DNA of 53,823 nt from a virus (lineage: Duplodnaviria > Caudoviricetes). Below, piece after piece: positions 44,668 through 53,141 of the stretch (position 1 is the stretch's first letter; each line of letters starts with the position of its first letter). Both the position numbers and the translations under genes were made by a program. The notes beneath the pieces were generated by a model that worked only from the letters and a program-made list of their open reading frames with translations, was not told the origin of the DNA and made no database searches. The stretch lies in the IMG/VR virus record IMGVR_UViG_3300044453_000313, positions 1 to 53,823 of that record; one strand, given 5' to 3'.

Positions 44668-46038
44668 ATGTCGGCACTCAATCTCGCCCTTCGCCTCGGC
44701 CTCGGGCTGCCGGGACCGCTGCAGTTTGGCGGCGGCGGCGGCGGTGGTGGTGGTGGTGGCGCTCCTGACATGGCGATCGCCATAACGTCGTTCGTGGCAT
44801 CGACCGGAGGCGGGAACCAGACTGTCACGACTTCGGATCTCGGCGGCAGGATTCCGAATGGTGTCTATCTAGTCGCTACGTCGGCGGTCGCAAACAACAC
44901 TTACACCTCTCAAAGTCGGCTCTCCCAAGGTGCAACGGACGGCACAAATCATTGGTGTGCTGGCAGCGCTAAGCACGGGGCAACTTCACCAACACGCCGG
45001 CGCGGAACGACGGACTCTGTCCTGATGGTGCTTGACGTGGCGGGGAATACCCTTGCCGAGGCCGCCCTGGTGGAATTTGTCGAAAACGGGATAGTCCTCA
45101 ACTGGCTCGTCACTCCGGCCGCAGGGTATCAAGTCGCCGCATATTTCTTCGCAGGGGCGGACTTGCCCGTCAAGGTCGGCGTCTTCACTGGCGATGCATC
45201 GGGCGCGGCAGTAGCGACGCCGTTTGAACCGAGGTTCATCATATTCGGCGGCCACAACGGCCTGTTGGACGACGTTTCGGACAGCGCTGCCGCAAACCAG
45301 TTCATTGGCTTCTGTGCAAAATATGGCAATTACCTGATGCAAAGGTCGGTGGGTGCGGCGTCGCCCGCCGGGGGGGATGCTTATTCGGACGTTTACAATT
45401 ACGCAGCGGTGCAGTCCCTCGAACCAAACCCGACATATACGGTTAGCGTGACGGGAATCACTGACGCGGGCTTCAGCCACAAGGCAACCAATTCCTACGC
45501 TGAATCCGACCAGTTCGGTTATATCGCTGTTGGTGCTCCGAAGGGAATTTCGGTGTGGCTGGGCGTCGAGAACATGCCGACCTCGACCGGTAATTTCAGC
45601 TTTACAGGAGTTCCGTTTCAGCCCGACACAGTGCTTTTTGCGCACAATCGGAATGTTTCAACCCGGAACTATTTCATCGGCTTTGGCGGGTTCGACGCAA
45701 GCAACTTTGTCACCCGGCACACTGCGCACCAAGATGGTCTCGGGGGCGCGGGTTCCGCCGCGAGCAATGACGGCTATTTGTCCGCGAATGTCAGTACGAG
45801 CCTTGCCGAACGGGCGTCGTTTGTTTCGTTCAACAGCGACGGGTGGACGTGGAATGTCACGACCGCCTTTGTCAATTACAGCACCGTGGTTTCGCTGGCT
45901 ATTGCCTTTGAGCCAGAGGCCCCGCCGCCGGACACCGTCACAGTCGGCGCGATGAAATCATATGGCATCTACAAGACCCGCGAACACGCAGTCATCGTGG
46001 GCGCAATGAAGGCTTATGCCATCTACAAGGAAGTGTAG
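44668..46038 (+). CDS. Putative receptor-binding/fibre protein
   Basis: AGGAG RBS; LRLGLGL N-terminus, poly-Gly linker, PFEPRFI/PFQPDTV internal repeat. Confidence 0.55.
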   Translation: MSALNLALRLGLGLPGPLQFGGGGGGGGGGGAPDMAIAITSFVASTGGGNQTVTTSDLGGRIPNGVYLVATSAVANNTYTSQSRLSQGATDGTNHWCAGSAKHGATSPTRRRGTTDSVLMVLDVAGNTLAEAALVEFVENGIVLNWLVTPAAGYQVAAYFFAGADLPVKVGVFTGDASGAAVATPFEPRFIIFGGHNGLLDDVSDSAAANQFIGFCAKYGNYLMQRSVGAASPAGGDAYSDVYNYAAVQSLEPNPTYTVSVTGITDAGFSHKATNSYAESDQFGYIAVGAPKGISVWLGVENMPTSTGNFSFTGVPFQPDTVLFAHNRNVSTRNYFIGFGGFDASNFVTRHTAHQDGLGGAGSAASNDGYLSANVSTSLAERASFVSFNSDGWTWNVTTAFVNYSTVVSLAIAFEPEAPPPDTVTVGAMKSYGIYKTREHAVIVGAMKAYAIYKEV

Positions 46039-46054
46039 GGGAAAGGATAGGCAC

Positions 46055-47014
46055 ATGGCTGTTTTGGATTTCTGCTTCAACCTCACGGACATAATCGAAA
46101 ACGGAACTGTGAGCGGCGCACTTGCTGACACAGACGCCGGGCCATATGTCGATGAAGGCATTCGGGACTACAATGCGCCGGTTGTCGCGTTCGTGGAATT
46201 TGCCGAAAGGTCGTCCGCCTGGATGACGTTTGTAGAATACTTTTCCAGTTCGGACATGAGGACTGGCGGAATTTACTTTCTCGACGCGGCGGGGTCTGAA
46301 ATTGCTTCGATCCGCTCCAATACCTCTGAAACATTCCAAATGTATGTCGGGGGAGCCTTGGAGGGCACTTCGTCACCTTATGCGTTCGGGGCGCAATTCC
46401 CAAGGTTCGACTTCCACTTGAACGTCAATGCATCCGGGGAGTTTACTTTCTATATTGCAGGTAGTCCGGTGCTTTCATTCAGTGGCGACACTGCAAACAG
46501 TGGCGCGTTCTCTGGTGTTGCGCGGATTGAGCATCGGGGCATCGCCGTGTCAAGCTCTTCAGGCATATACAACATGCTTGCGACCGATGACGACAGCCGC
46601 CTCTACCATGTTCAGCAGTTGTCCCTGACGGCGCTTGGTGCCGATCAGGACTGGACGGGCGACTACACTGCCATTACCGAAGATGGTTACGGCTTCGGCG
46701 CGGTGATGACGTCTGAGACATCTGGCAACAAGGCGACCTTTGTTACTGAAAACACAGACGGTGCATTCGCAAGCGGTTATGACGTCGCGGCCGTTGCCAT
46801 TTCCGGGGTTGCCCGCAATTCTTTCGGGCAAGACCGTATTAGCGGCATGGTTCGGTCAAATGGTGCATATGGGTACGGCCCGATAGTCGAACTTATGCCC
46901 TTTGACACCAACTTCAAGGCCTTGCTTACGGTGGACCCGAATACCGCCGGAGCCTGGTCGATCGCCGCCGTCGATGCCATGCAAGTAGGCTTCGACCATA
47001 TCGCCCCAGCCTGA
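46055..47014 (+). CDS. Putative virion/receptor-binding partner protein
   Basis: Beta-rich; C-terminal DPNTAGAWSIAAVDAMQVG. Confidence 0.55.
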   Translation: MAVLDFCFNLTDIIENGTVSGALADTDAGPYVDEGIRDYNAPVVAFVEFAERSSAWMTFVEYFSSSDMRTGGIYFLDAAGSEIASIRSNTSETFQMYVGGALEGTSSPYAFGAQFPRFDFHLNVNASGEFTFYIAGSPVLSFSGDTANSGAFSGVARIEHRGIAVSSSSGIYNMLATDDDSRLYHVQQLSLTALGADQDWTGDYTAITEDGYGFGAVMTSETSGNKATFVTENTDGAFASGYDVAAVAISGVARNSFGQDRISGMVRSNGAYGYGPIVELMPFDTNFKALLTVDPNTAGAWSIAAVDAMQVGFDHIAPA

Positions 47015-47032
47015 TCCCGTGACCTGATATCG

Positions 47033-47056
47033 ATCGCCGCCGGATCCGGCGGCGAT
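47033..47056. terminator. Perfect 24-bp palindrome between the tail and lysis modules
   Basis: ATCGCCGCCGGATCCGGCGGCGAT. Confidence 0.45.
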
Positions 47057-47124
47057 GCTGATTTTCTGCCCGCGCAAACATCGCGGCGCTTTTCTTCCCA
47101 AAACCTGAACCCGGGAGATTTCCC

Positions 47125-47931
47125 ATGAAACTTGTCCCCGACTGGCGGCAGGTCGTCGCCACTTCCTTGAGCTTCTGGATGCAGGCGGCGGGCCTGCTTC
47201 TGCTCGTCCTGATCGAATTGCGCTTTGCGGTGACCGGTGCCGACACCGACCCGGTGTTCGCCTGGTGGCTGGGGGTCGGCTTCCTGCTCGCCGGCCTTGC
47301 CGGGCGCCTCTTCCAGCAGGGCCTTTCGCCGTGGCGCGAGTGGCTGCGGCTCGGCGCCGTCGCCGTGCTCGTTCTCCTGGCGGCGCTGGCGCTGGCATCC
47401 ACCGCCCGCGCGGCGGCCGAACCGGGCGCTGCCGTGTCGGCCGCGGCCGGCAAGGTGGACATGGCGCTGCCCTACAGCGAGGCCGATGCGCTCAACGAGG
47501 CCGTGCCGTTCATCGCGCAGGAGGAAGGGCTGCGGACAAAGGCCTATCTCGACATCGTCGGGGTGCCGACGATCTGCTATGGCTCGACGCGCGGCGTGCG
47601 GCTCGGCATGGAAAAGACCCGGGCGGAGTGCCTGGACCTGCTGCGCAGCGAGGTCGCCGAATACCGGCACGGCCTGCACCGCTATATCAAGCCCGCGGCC
47701 CGGCTCTACCATCTGACCCCGAAACGGGATGCGGCCTATACCTCGACCGCCTTCAACTGCGGGATAGGCGCTATCGGCAAGAGCACCGCCGTCCGCCGGC
47801 TGAACGCCGGCGACATCAAGGGCGGGTGCGAGGCGCTGACCTGGTGGAACAAGGCGGGCGGGCGCGTGGTGCGCGGCCTCGTCGCCCGGCGCACCCGCGA
47901 GCGGGCGCTGTGCCTGGACGGCGTCAGGTGA
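47125..47931 (+). CDS. GH24 lysozyme endolysin with N-terminal multi-TM extension
   Basis: EEG...AYLDIVGVPTICYG catalytic triad, FNCG, GLVARRTRE; three hydrophobic segments upstream. Confidence 0.9.
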   Translation: MKLVPDWRQVVATSLSFWMQAAGLLLLVLIELRFAVTGADTDPVFAWWLGVGFLLAGLAGRLFQQGLSPWREWLRLGAVAVLVLLAALALASTARAAAEPGAAVSAAAGKVDMALPYSEADALNEAVPFIAQEEGLRTKAYLDIVGVPTICYGSTRGVRLGMEKTRAECLDLLRSEVAEYRHGLHRYIKPAARLYHLTPKRDAAYTSTAFNCGIGAIGKSTAVRRLNAGDIKGGCEALTWWNKAGGRVVRGLVARRTRERALCLDGVR

Positions 47932-48398
47932 TCGGGTTCCTGCAGGAGGCGGCCGCCATTGCCGCGACGCTCGCGCAATGGGGCGTGACGCTTGCCGCCC
48001 TCGTCGCGGCGGTGCTGGCCTGGGGCGGGCGCTTTCACCCGGCCGCGCGCGGTCCCGCATCCGAGCTTTTTGTGCTCGCCTTCGGCGCTGCAATCGCCGT
48101 CGCGGCCTGGACCGGGTCGGCGATCCGCCACGACAGCCGGCAGCAACTGGAACAGGCGCAGCGCGACCTTGAGCGCTGGCGGCAGGTCGCCGAGGAACAG
48201 GCCAAGCAGCGCGCCGAGTTCGCCGCCGTCGCGTTCCGCCAAACGGAACTGGCGCAGGAGCGGGCGCAGGAACTGGAGCACATTCAGGAGGTCGTCGATG
48301 ACTATGAAGATGCCCTGGCGTCGGGGATTGCTGGCGCTTGCGCTGCTGACGACGCTTACAGCCGGGCGATGCAGTCCATCCGGATCCGGCGGCCCTGA
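47928..48398 (+). CDS. Rz-like inner-membrane spanin
   Basis: GTGA-coupled; N-terminal TM segments, coiled coil, C-terminal Cys. Confidence 0.6.
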   Translation: MIGFLQEAAAIAATLAQWGVTLAALVAAVLAWGGRFHPAARGPASELFVLAFGAAIAVAAWTGSAIRHDSRQQLEQAQRDLERWRQVAEEQAKQRAEFAAVAFRQTELAQERAQELEHIQEVVDDYEDALASGIAGACAADDAYSRAMQSIRIRRP

Positions 48399-48588
48399 CC
48401 TGCGGCATCCGGCCCTGCCGGAACCGGCGCCTGATCTGGCGTCGCCCTGCCGTGACCCGGGCCTGAGCGGCGACAAGGGGCGCGATGCCATCCGCCACCG
48501 GCAGGCACTCGCCGACTGCGAGGCGCGCCGGCGCGGCTGGTCGGCCTTCTATCGCGACGTGCAACAGGCTCACGGGGGAGCGCCATGA
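48298..48588 (+). CDS. Rz1-like outer-membrane spanin lipoprotein
   Basis: Overlaps the Rz 3' end; AGGAGG RBS; signal peptide then Cys (atypical lipobox); Pro-rich; PC...DC. Confidence 0.55.
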   Translation: MTMKMPWRRGLLALALLTTLTAGRCSPSGSGGPDLRHPALPEPAPDLASPCRDPGLSGDKGRDAIRHRQALADCEARRRGWSAFYRDVQQAHGGAP

Positions 48589-48890
48589 ATTTTCTCGGAC
48601 ACGAGTTTTCCTTTTGGGCAACGACGATCGCGGCAATCCTGCTGAAAGCGATGTTCAGCCGGGCGCGGTCGGTCTGGTCGTCGGTGATATCGGCCGCCGC
48701 CGGGCTGTTCTTCGCCTATGTCTTCACAAACCCGTTTCTCGACTATTGGGGATACGATCCGGACACATACAAGGTCGCGACGGCCGTGGCGCTGTCCTGG
48801 ACCGGGGAAATGATCATGCGGGCCATCGTCAATGTCTGCGAGGATCCGAACCAGCTTCGGGAATGGGTCAAAGCCTGGAGGGGCAAATGA
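48585..48890 (+). CDS. Holin-like membrane protein
   Basis: 101 aa, 2-3 hydrophobic segments, basic C-terminus, in the lysis cassette. Confidence 0.5.
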   Translation: MNFLGHEFSFWATTIAAILLKAMFSRARSVWSSVISAAAGLFFAYVFTNPFLDYWGYDPDTYKVATAVALSWTGEMIMRAIVNVCEDPNQLREWVKAWRGK

Positions 48891-49381
48891 GACGCCGCGT
48901 TGCCGCATCCTTCACCTGCCGGCCGCGGCTGAAGGAAATGCACTGGTTCCTGGCAATCATGGGGCTATTTGTGCTGATGGCCGGGACGGCGCAGTTCAAC
49001 CGGCTGCTGCCGGCGTCGCACTGGCTGGAGGTGACCGGGCTGCATGTTCATGACACGGCGGCCGGCACCAGCCCGAAAATGCGGGTCGACCGGGTGATCC
49101 ACCGGCCGTTTCAGGCGGACTGGATTGTGACGGTGATGCGCGAAAACTGGTCGGGCAACGGTTTCTCGACCTTCTGCACCGCGCGCGGCGGCAACGACTA
49201 CCGGCCGGGCGCGCAACTGCCGGACACGCTGGACCTCGACTGGTGGACGTGGCCGGTGCGCTGCGATCTGCCGCCGGGGCGCTACCGGGTCAAGACGCTG
49301 TGGCGCCTGACCCTGCCGGAGAACGTCGTCAAGGACGTGCGGGTGACGTCGAACATCTTCAGCGTTTGGCGTCCGGATTAG
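48887..49381 (+). CDS. Membrane-anchored hypothetical protein
   Basis: TM helix then beta domain with CDLPPGRY. Confidence 0.6.
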   Translation: MRRRVAASFTCRPRLKEMHWFLAIMGLFVLMAGTAQFNRLLPASHWLEVTGLHVHDTAAGTSPKMRVDRVIHRPFQADWIVTVMRENWSGNGFSTFCTARGGNDYRPGAQLPDTLDLDWWTWPVRCDLPPGRYRVKTLWRLTLPENVVKDVRVTSNIFSVWRPD

Positions 49382-49520
49382 CGGCCAGTTCCTTCATGTG
49401 GCGATCGAAGGCAACCCGGAAACGGGCGGCCCAAAGCGCGGCCTGGTGCGGAAAGATCCACACCCAGAAAATCACCGCGACAATCGCGGCCATGATCATC
49501 GAGACGGCAAAATCAAGCAT
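49359..49520 (-). CDS. 53-aa single-pass membrane protein (not in the ORF track)
   Basis: GAGG RBS; MLDFAVSMIMAAIVAVIFWVWIFPHQAALWAARFRVAFDRHMKELAANPDAKR. Confidence 0.5.
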   Translation of the reverse strand: MLDFAVSMIMAAIVAVIFWVWIFPHQAALWAARFRVAFDRHMKELAANPDAKR

Positions 49521-49544
49521 TGTCTTACCTCTTCTGAATCAATC

Positions 49545-49579
49545 GGGCGCCGGTTTCACACCCGGCGCCCTTTTTATTT
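49545..49579 (+). terminator. Intrinsic terminator ending the late operon
   Basis: GGGCGCCGG-N8-CCGGCGCCC followed by TTTTTATTT. Confidence 0.75.
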
Positions 49580-49646
49580 GAGGTTGCGTTAACCTTACGC
49601 CCGCAACCGTGGCAAGGCAACCGGAAAGGCGAGGGGCTTTCCGTGA

Positions 49647-49898
49647 TCAGATTGTTCGAGTAAATTCACGCGCCTCAAAAACGGGCTCTGAGCGGACTTC
49701 AACCATAAAGCGTTTTGTTTGATGACCAAGCCGCACGCTCGTATGGAGATCGCGCCATTCGACGTCCTTGCGGCACCGTTCGCTTGCCGCCTTTATCGCA
49801 GCATCATCGAAGCCGTCAGCGAGATACGAATGGCTTTCGTTATATTCCGGTCCACGTTCGCCAAGGTCCTGGAACCAAACTTCAAAGATTTTAGCCAT
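49647..49898 (-). CDS. Small hypothetical protein
   Basis: ATG 49898 with purine-rich RBS. Confidence 0.55.
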   Translation of the reverse strand: MAKIFEVWFQDLGERGPEYNESHSYLADGFDDAAIKAASERCRKDVEWRDLHTSVRLGHQTKRFMVEVRSEPVFEAREFTRTI

Positions 49899-49914
49899 AG
49901 CCGCGCCTTTCCGT

Positions 49915-50130
49915 TCAGTCTTGCAAAAGATCTCTCGCCATGGCCTCGGCCAGACATTCGGGCTTGTAGTCGTGAGCGTGCTTGGCAAGCCATGCAACGC
50001 AGCCTTGGACAGCTTCCCTGCGTCCTAATTCAGCAAGCTTCACTATTTCGTCGAAGGCCTCGACGGCATCGGGATTTATCTGCGCGACCAGCACCCTTGC
50101 ATAGGCCACGTGGTCTTTGGGATAGCGCAT
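49915..50130 (-). CDS. Small hypothetical protein
   Basis: GAGGAGG RBS. Confidence 0.55.
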   Translation of the reverse strand: MRYPKDHVAYARVLVAQINPDAVEAFDEIVKLAELGRREAVQGCVAWLAKHAHDYKPECLAEAMARDLLQD

Positions 50131-50151
50131 GATCCTGCCTCCTCGGGCCGG

Positions 50152-50340
50152 TTAAAACAGCGGTGCCGGGAACCGCGCGGAAATGTATTCCGTGATGCGG
50201 TGCAGGGCTTCGGGGTCGAGGCCTTCGCACTGACCTTTTTCGAGAATCGTCAGCATCGCCGAAAGCACACGAATCTCGGGGTCCGGATTGTCCCAAAGCA
50301 CCTCCATGCAAGGAGGGGTGTATGCGGCGTTCTCGGTCAT
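50152..50340 (-). CDS. Small hypothetical protein
   Basis: GAAGGAAG RBS; DPEIRVLSAM...RITEYISARF. Confidence 0.55.
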   Translation of the reverse strand: MTENAAYTPPCMEVLWDNPDPEIRVLSAMLTILEKGQCEGLDPEALHRITEYISARFPAPLF

Positions 50341-50509
50341 TGGGGCTTCCTTCGAAAACTAGTGGCTGGGTGGCCCTGCCCGGGTGCTTCTACTGCTCAA
50401 TCACAGCGCCTGCAGCTTCCCCGTATTCATCACACATGCACCGCTCGACATGCGCTCCACCGTGTTGATTTTGGCGGAAATCACACCGCGCCACGGCTCG
50501 AATGGGTTG

Positions 50510-50605
50510 TCGCCTGTAAATGTATTTACAATTATAGAACTGTCAATAACTTTATTGCATTGTATTGCCTCGTATTGACATTTGCAGACTCACCCGGCAT
50601 ATGGC
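50510..50605. promoter_or_regulatory. AT-rich divergent promoter region
   Basis: TTGACA on both strands; near-palindrome TGTAAATGTATTTACA at 50515-50530. Confidence 0.5.
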
Positions 50606-50610
50606 AAAGC

Positions 50611-50799
50611 ATGGAAATGGGCCGCCAAAAGAAAACGGTCAGCTACTCGCTCGACCCCGACCTGCTGAAGGACTTTGACGCGTGGATCGCCGCGCAGCCG
50701 GTGCCGCCGACAAAGACCGCGGCGGTCGAGGCCGCAATGCGCAAGCTGATGGCCGATTATCCCGTTTCCGAACCAGACAAGGGCAAGAAGGCGAACTGA
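50611..50799 (+). CDS. Ribbon-helix-helix regulator
   Basis: KKTVSYSLDPDLLKDFDAW.....TKTAAVEAAMRK. Confidence 0.7.
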   Translation: MEMGRQKKTVSYSLDPDLLKDFDAWIAAQPVPPTKTAAVEAAMRKLMADYPVSEPDKGKKAN

Positions 50800-50928
50800 C
50801 GCCTGCCTGCCGTTCAGCGGTCGCGGCCCGGGTGTCTCCGCCGGGCGTAAGCCGATAAGGCAGTGCAACTGCCAAAGGGCCGGGGGTTCCCGGCCGCCGC
50901 TGTTCCGATCGAGGAAGGGCCTTGGAAG

Positions 50929-51246
50929 ATGGGAACGCCGCTATATGACCGGATGCTCGCCTATGACTATGGCGATCAGGAACGCGCTGATCTGATGCGC
51001 GAGGTCTGGGAGGGGACACCCTTCATGACAAACTGCAACAGTGGTTCCATAGCGTCAGACCGCGAGCGGGAAATCAACGACTGGTGCCGCGAACACTTCG
51101 GCGACGAGGCCTGGCCGATCCACGGCCGGCCGGGCAATTGGCAGCGCGGCGGCGCGACCGTTTACGGCTGGACCTGGTACGGATTCAGGACCGCCGAAAT
51201 GCTCAAGCAGTTCGAAGCCGCCTGGGAATGCAAAGACGAGAACTGA
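50929..51246 (+). CDS. Hypothetical Trp-rich protein
   Basis: DWCREHFG...W...YGFRT.E....F. Confidence 0.6.
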   Translation: MGTPLYDRMLAYDYGDQERADLMREVWEGTPFMTNCNSGSIASDREREINDWCREHFGDEAWPIHGRPGNWQRGGATVYGWTWYGFRTAEMLKQFEAAWECKDEN

Positions 51247-51258
51247 GGAGACGAGACG

Positions 51259-51690
51259 ATGGACATGACGCATTCCTTTTCTCCGGAATCCGACCCGATC
51301 ATGCCGGAAATCAGCGATGAACGGCTTGTCGAGTTGGCAAAGACGTTTCCGCTTATTCACCCGGATAAATCCGGCGAGTATCGGATTGTTGATCTTTCCC
51401 CGCATGACATGAAGACGCTCCGCAACACGTCTTGCATATGGAGCCCGAAACTCGGAAGTGCTGTCGCCATCGGCGCAGAACAGCGCCGGGTACACTTCTA
51501 TGTCTCGTGCGGTTATCACGGCCTCTTTAAGCCGTCTGTCGCGGAGGTGCTGTCGCAAGCGCCGATTGATGATCTTGAGCGTAGCGGGTTCGATGCCTTC
51601 TATATCGATGACCATGTCGAAATTCTAAGGTCTGGCGGGTTCCAAAAGGCGACGGCGTGTTTCGTCCGTCTTTGGAAAAAGAACTCGTAA
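51259..51690 (+). CDS. Hypothetical protein
   Basis: GAGGAG RBS; GYHGLFKPSVAEVLSQ motif. Confidence 0.65.
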   Translation: MDMTHSFSPESDPIMPEISDERLVELAKTFPLIHPDKSGEYRIVDLSPHDMKTLRNTSCIWSPKLGSAVAIGAEQRRVHFYVSCGYHGLFKPSVAEVLSQAPIDDLERSGFDAFYIDDHVEILRSGGFQKATACFVRLWKKNS

Positions 51691-51708
51691 ACAGGGGAGT
51701 CGGCGCCG

Positions 51709-51888
51709 ATGACCAGAATTGAATTTCGGCTGTGTCATCTGAAGTCATACGGGCGCAAACTCCGTTACGAGTTCAAGCGCGTGCAGCTTGTTAGAGCAGC
51801 CGAAATTCAGGTCCGCAAAGGTCGCGGCAGTCTTCCGCTTCCGAGCAGCGGTTATTGGAAAAAACCGAAATTTGTTTGTGACTCATAA
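51709..51888 (+). CDS. 59-aa basic hypothetical protein (not in the ORF track)
   Basis: GGGGAG RBS; fills the gap between neighbouring genes. Confidence 0.35.
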   Translation: MTRIEFRLCHLKSYGRKLRYEFKRVQLVRAAEIQVRKGRGSLPLPSSGYWKKPKFVCDS

Positions 51889-51897
51889 GGAGCGGAC

Positions 51898-52578
51898 ATG
51901 CGGCAGAAAATCCGGTTGCTGAATTATGACGACGCCCGCGAAGAGTTTCAAAAGCAGGTGCTGGAAGAGTTGCAGCTTGAAGAGCGGATGACGGCAGACG
52001 AAATCCTGCAGGCGGCGGCGGTCATTCTTGCAAGGTCCGACTGCTCGGATCCGCCGGCGGCGATAGCGGAAGCCGCCGCCGAAATCTACATGACCCGTCT
52101 GGACGACCTGGTCAACGCCTCGGTTCTGGAAGTTCTGACCGTGTGGATTTCGGAACTCGATTTGTGTGTTTTCCTCAGAGGTTCGGACAATCCGGAAACA
52201 GCGGCGGCGCCGCACATAGAGTTCATGGTCAACTCTGACCTTAATTCGCTGATCAGGCTGCCGCTAGAAAGTTTGCTGCTGGAACATGCCGAGCCGGAGG
52301 ACCTGCCGGGCCTGGCCTCGGCGCTGCGCCGCCTGGCGGACCGCATCGAAGGGAAGCCGGACCGCCGCCAAAGGTTCACCTACAGCGAACCGCCTGCGCC
52401 TGGCGACGTTGAAACTGTGTGCGCTCTGGTTCGTAGTACACTTGAATCGTTTGAGCCTGAAGTTTCCGTCCGGAACTACTTCCGCAGTCACTACGGGTCT
52501 TTCGGTCACAAAGATCGAATGGAAATCATCGGCCGGCAGATTGTCGTGAGCGGCGGCGTGCTTGAAGATCAGCCGTGA
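51898..52578 (+). CDS. Hypothetical acidic protein
   Basis: TAAGGAG RBS; 226 aa. Confidence 0.65.
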   Translation: MRQKIRLLNYDDAREEFQKQVLEELQLEERMTADEILQAAAVILARSDCSDPPAAIAEAAAEIYMTRLDDLVNASVLEVLTVWISELDLCVFLRGSDNPETAAAPHIEFMVNSDLNSLIRLPLESLLLEHAEPEDLPGLASALRRLADRIEGKPDRRQRFTYSEPPAPGDVETVCALVRSTLESFEPEVSVRNYFRSHYGSFGHKDRMEIIGRQIVVSGGVLEDQP

Positions 52579-52611
52579 TGAAACTGGAGCGGTGGTTTGA
52601 GGATCCTGGTC

Positions 52612-52700
52612 GGGGTCAGTAACAAGTCCCGGGTGGAAACATGGAAACAAGTTCCTGGTGGAAACAAGACTGACGGGTTCGATTCCCGTCGACCTCGCTA
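52612..52700 (+). ncRNA. tRNA-like element (acceptor stem and T-arm, no canonical D or anticodon arm)
   Basis: GGGGTC/GACCTC stem; GACGGG-TTCGATT-CCCGTC T-arm; ends in GCTA. Confidence 0.4.
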
Positions 52701-52731
52701 AGCATAAGAAGCGATTTCCTCATTTTCGGGA

Positions 52732-52760
52732 TTGACACATAGGGCCAATGGCCCTATGTT
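52732..52760 (+). promoter_or_regulatory. Sigma70 promoter with overlapping perfect operator palindrome
   Basis: TTGACA-17 nt-TATGTT; ACATAGGGCCA-A-TGGCCCTATGT at 52737-52759. Confidence 0.8.
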
Positions 52761-52767
52761 GTGAAGG

Positions 52768-53141
52768 TCAACAGGGCAATGAAGCCCGCCGAAAATGGAG
52801 ACGAAAATGACCTTCAGCAAATGGCTCGACACCTTCCTTTCCGAAAAGGGCATCGACCTGGAAAAGACCCTGACCGTGGAAGGCGCTTCCGGCCCGAACT
52901 ACATGCCGGTTGAAATCATCGTTCAGGCCATCAAGGCGGCATCCGCCGCCGAGCAACAGCAAATCAAGACGATGTTTGTCCGCATCGATTTCGTCAACGG
53001 CGACGTTCTCGACTTCCTCAAGCACCTCGGCAAGGCCATCGCGATCTGAGCGACAGGCCGCAGGAGGGTCCGGCACTGCCGGACCTTCCCCGCACCATTC
53101 AACAGGGCAAGGACGCCCGCCAGCACCGGAGACGAAAATGA
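52768..53141 (+). repeat. Duplicated 43-nt leader/RBS module (52768-52810 and 53099-53141)
   Basis: TCAACAGGGCAA..GCCCGCC..GGAGACGAAAATGA, 36/43 identical. Confidence 0.85.
52807..53049 (+). CDS. Small protein, anti-defence candidate
   Basis: 80 aa; GGAG RBS; first gene after the operator-containing promoter. Confidence 0.7.
   Translation: MTFSKWLDTFLSEKGIDLEKTLTVEGASGPNYMPVEIIVQAIKAASAAEQQQIKTMFVRIDFVNGDVLDFLKHLGKAIAI

Noticed and set aside
42431-47014. Diversity-generating retroelement or invertible tail-fibre switch
   Set aside because: No reverse transcriptase, invertase or TR/VR repeat pair seen
46777-48636. 619-aa minus-strand ORF
   Set aside because: Arg/Pro/Ala-rich shadow of the lysis genes
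52612-52700. Functional canonical tRNA or attR
   Set aside because: No D arm or 7-nt anticodon loop and no CCA; no matching copy at the left end of the window, and phage-like genes continue beyond it
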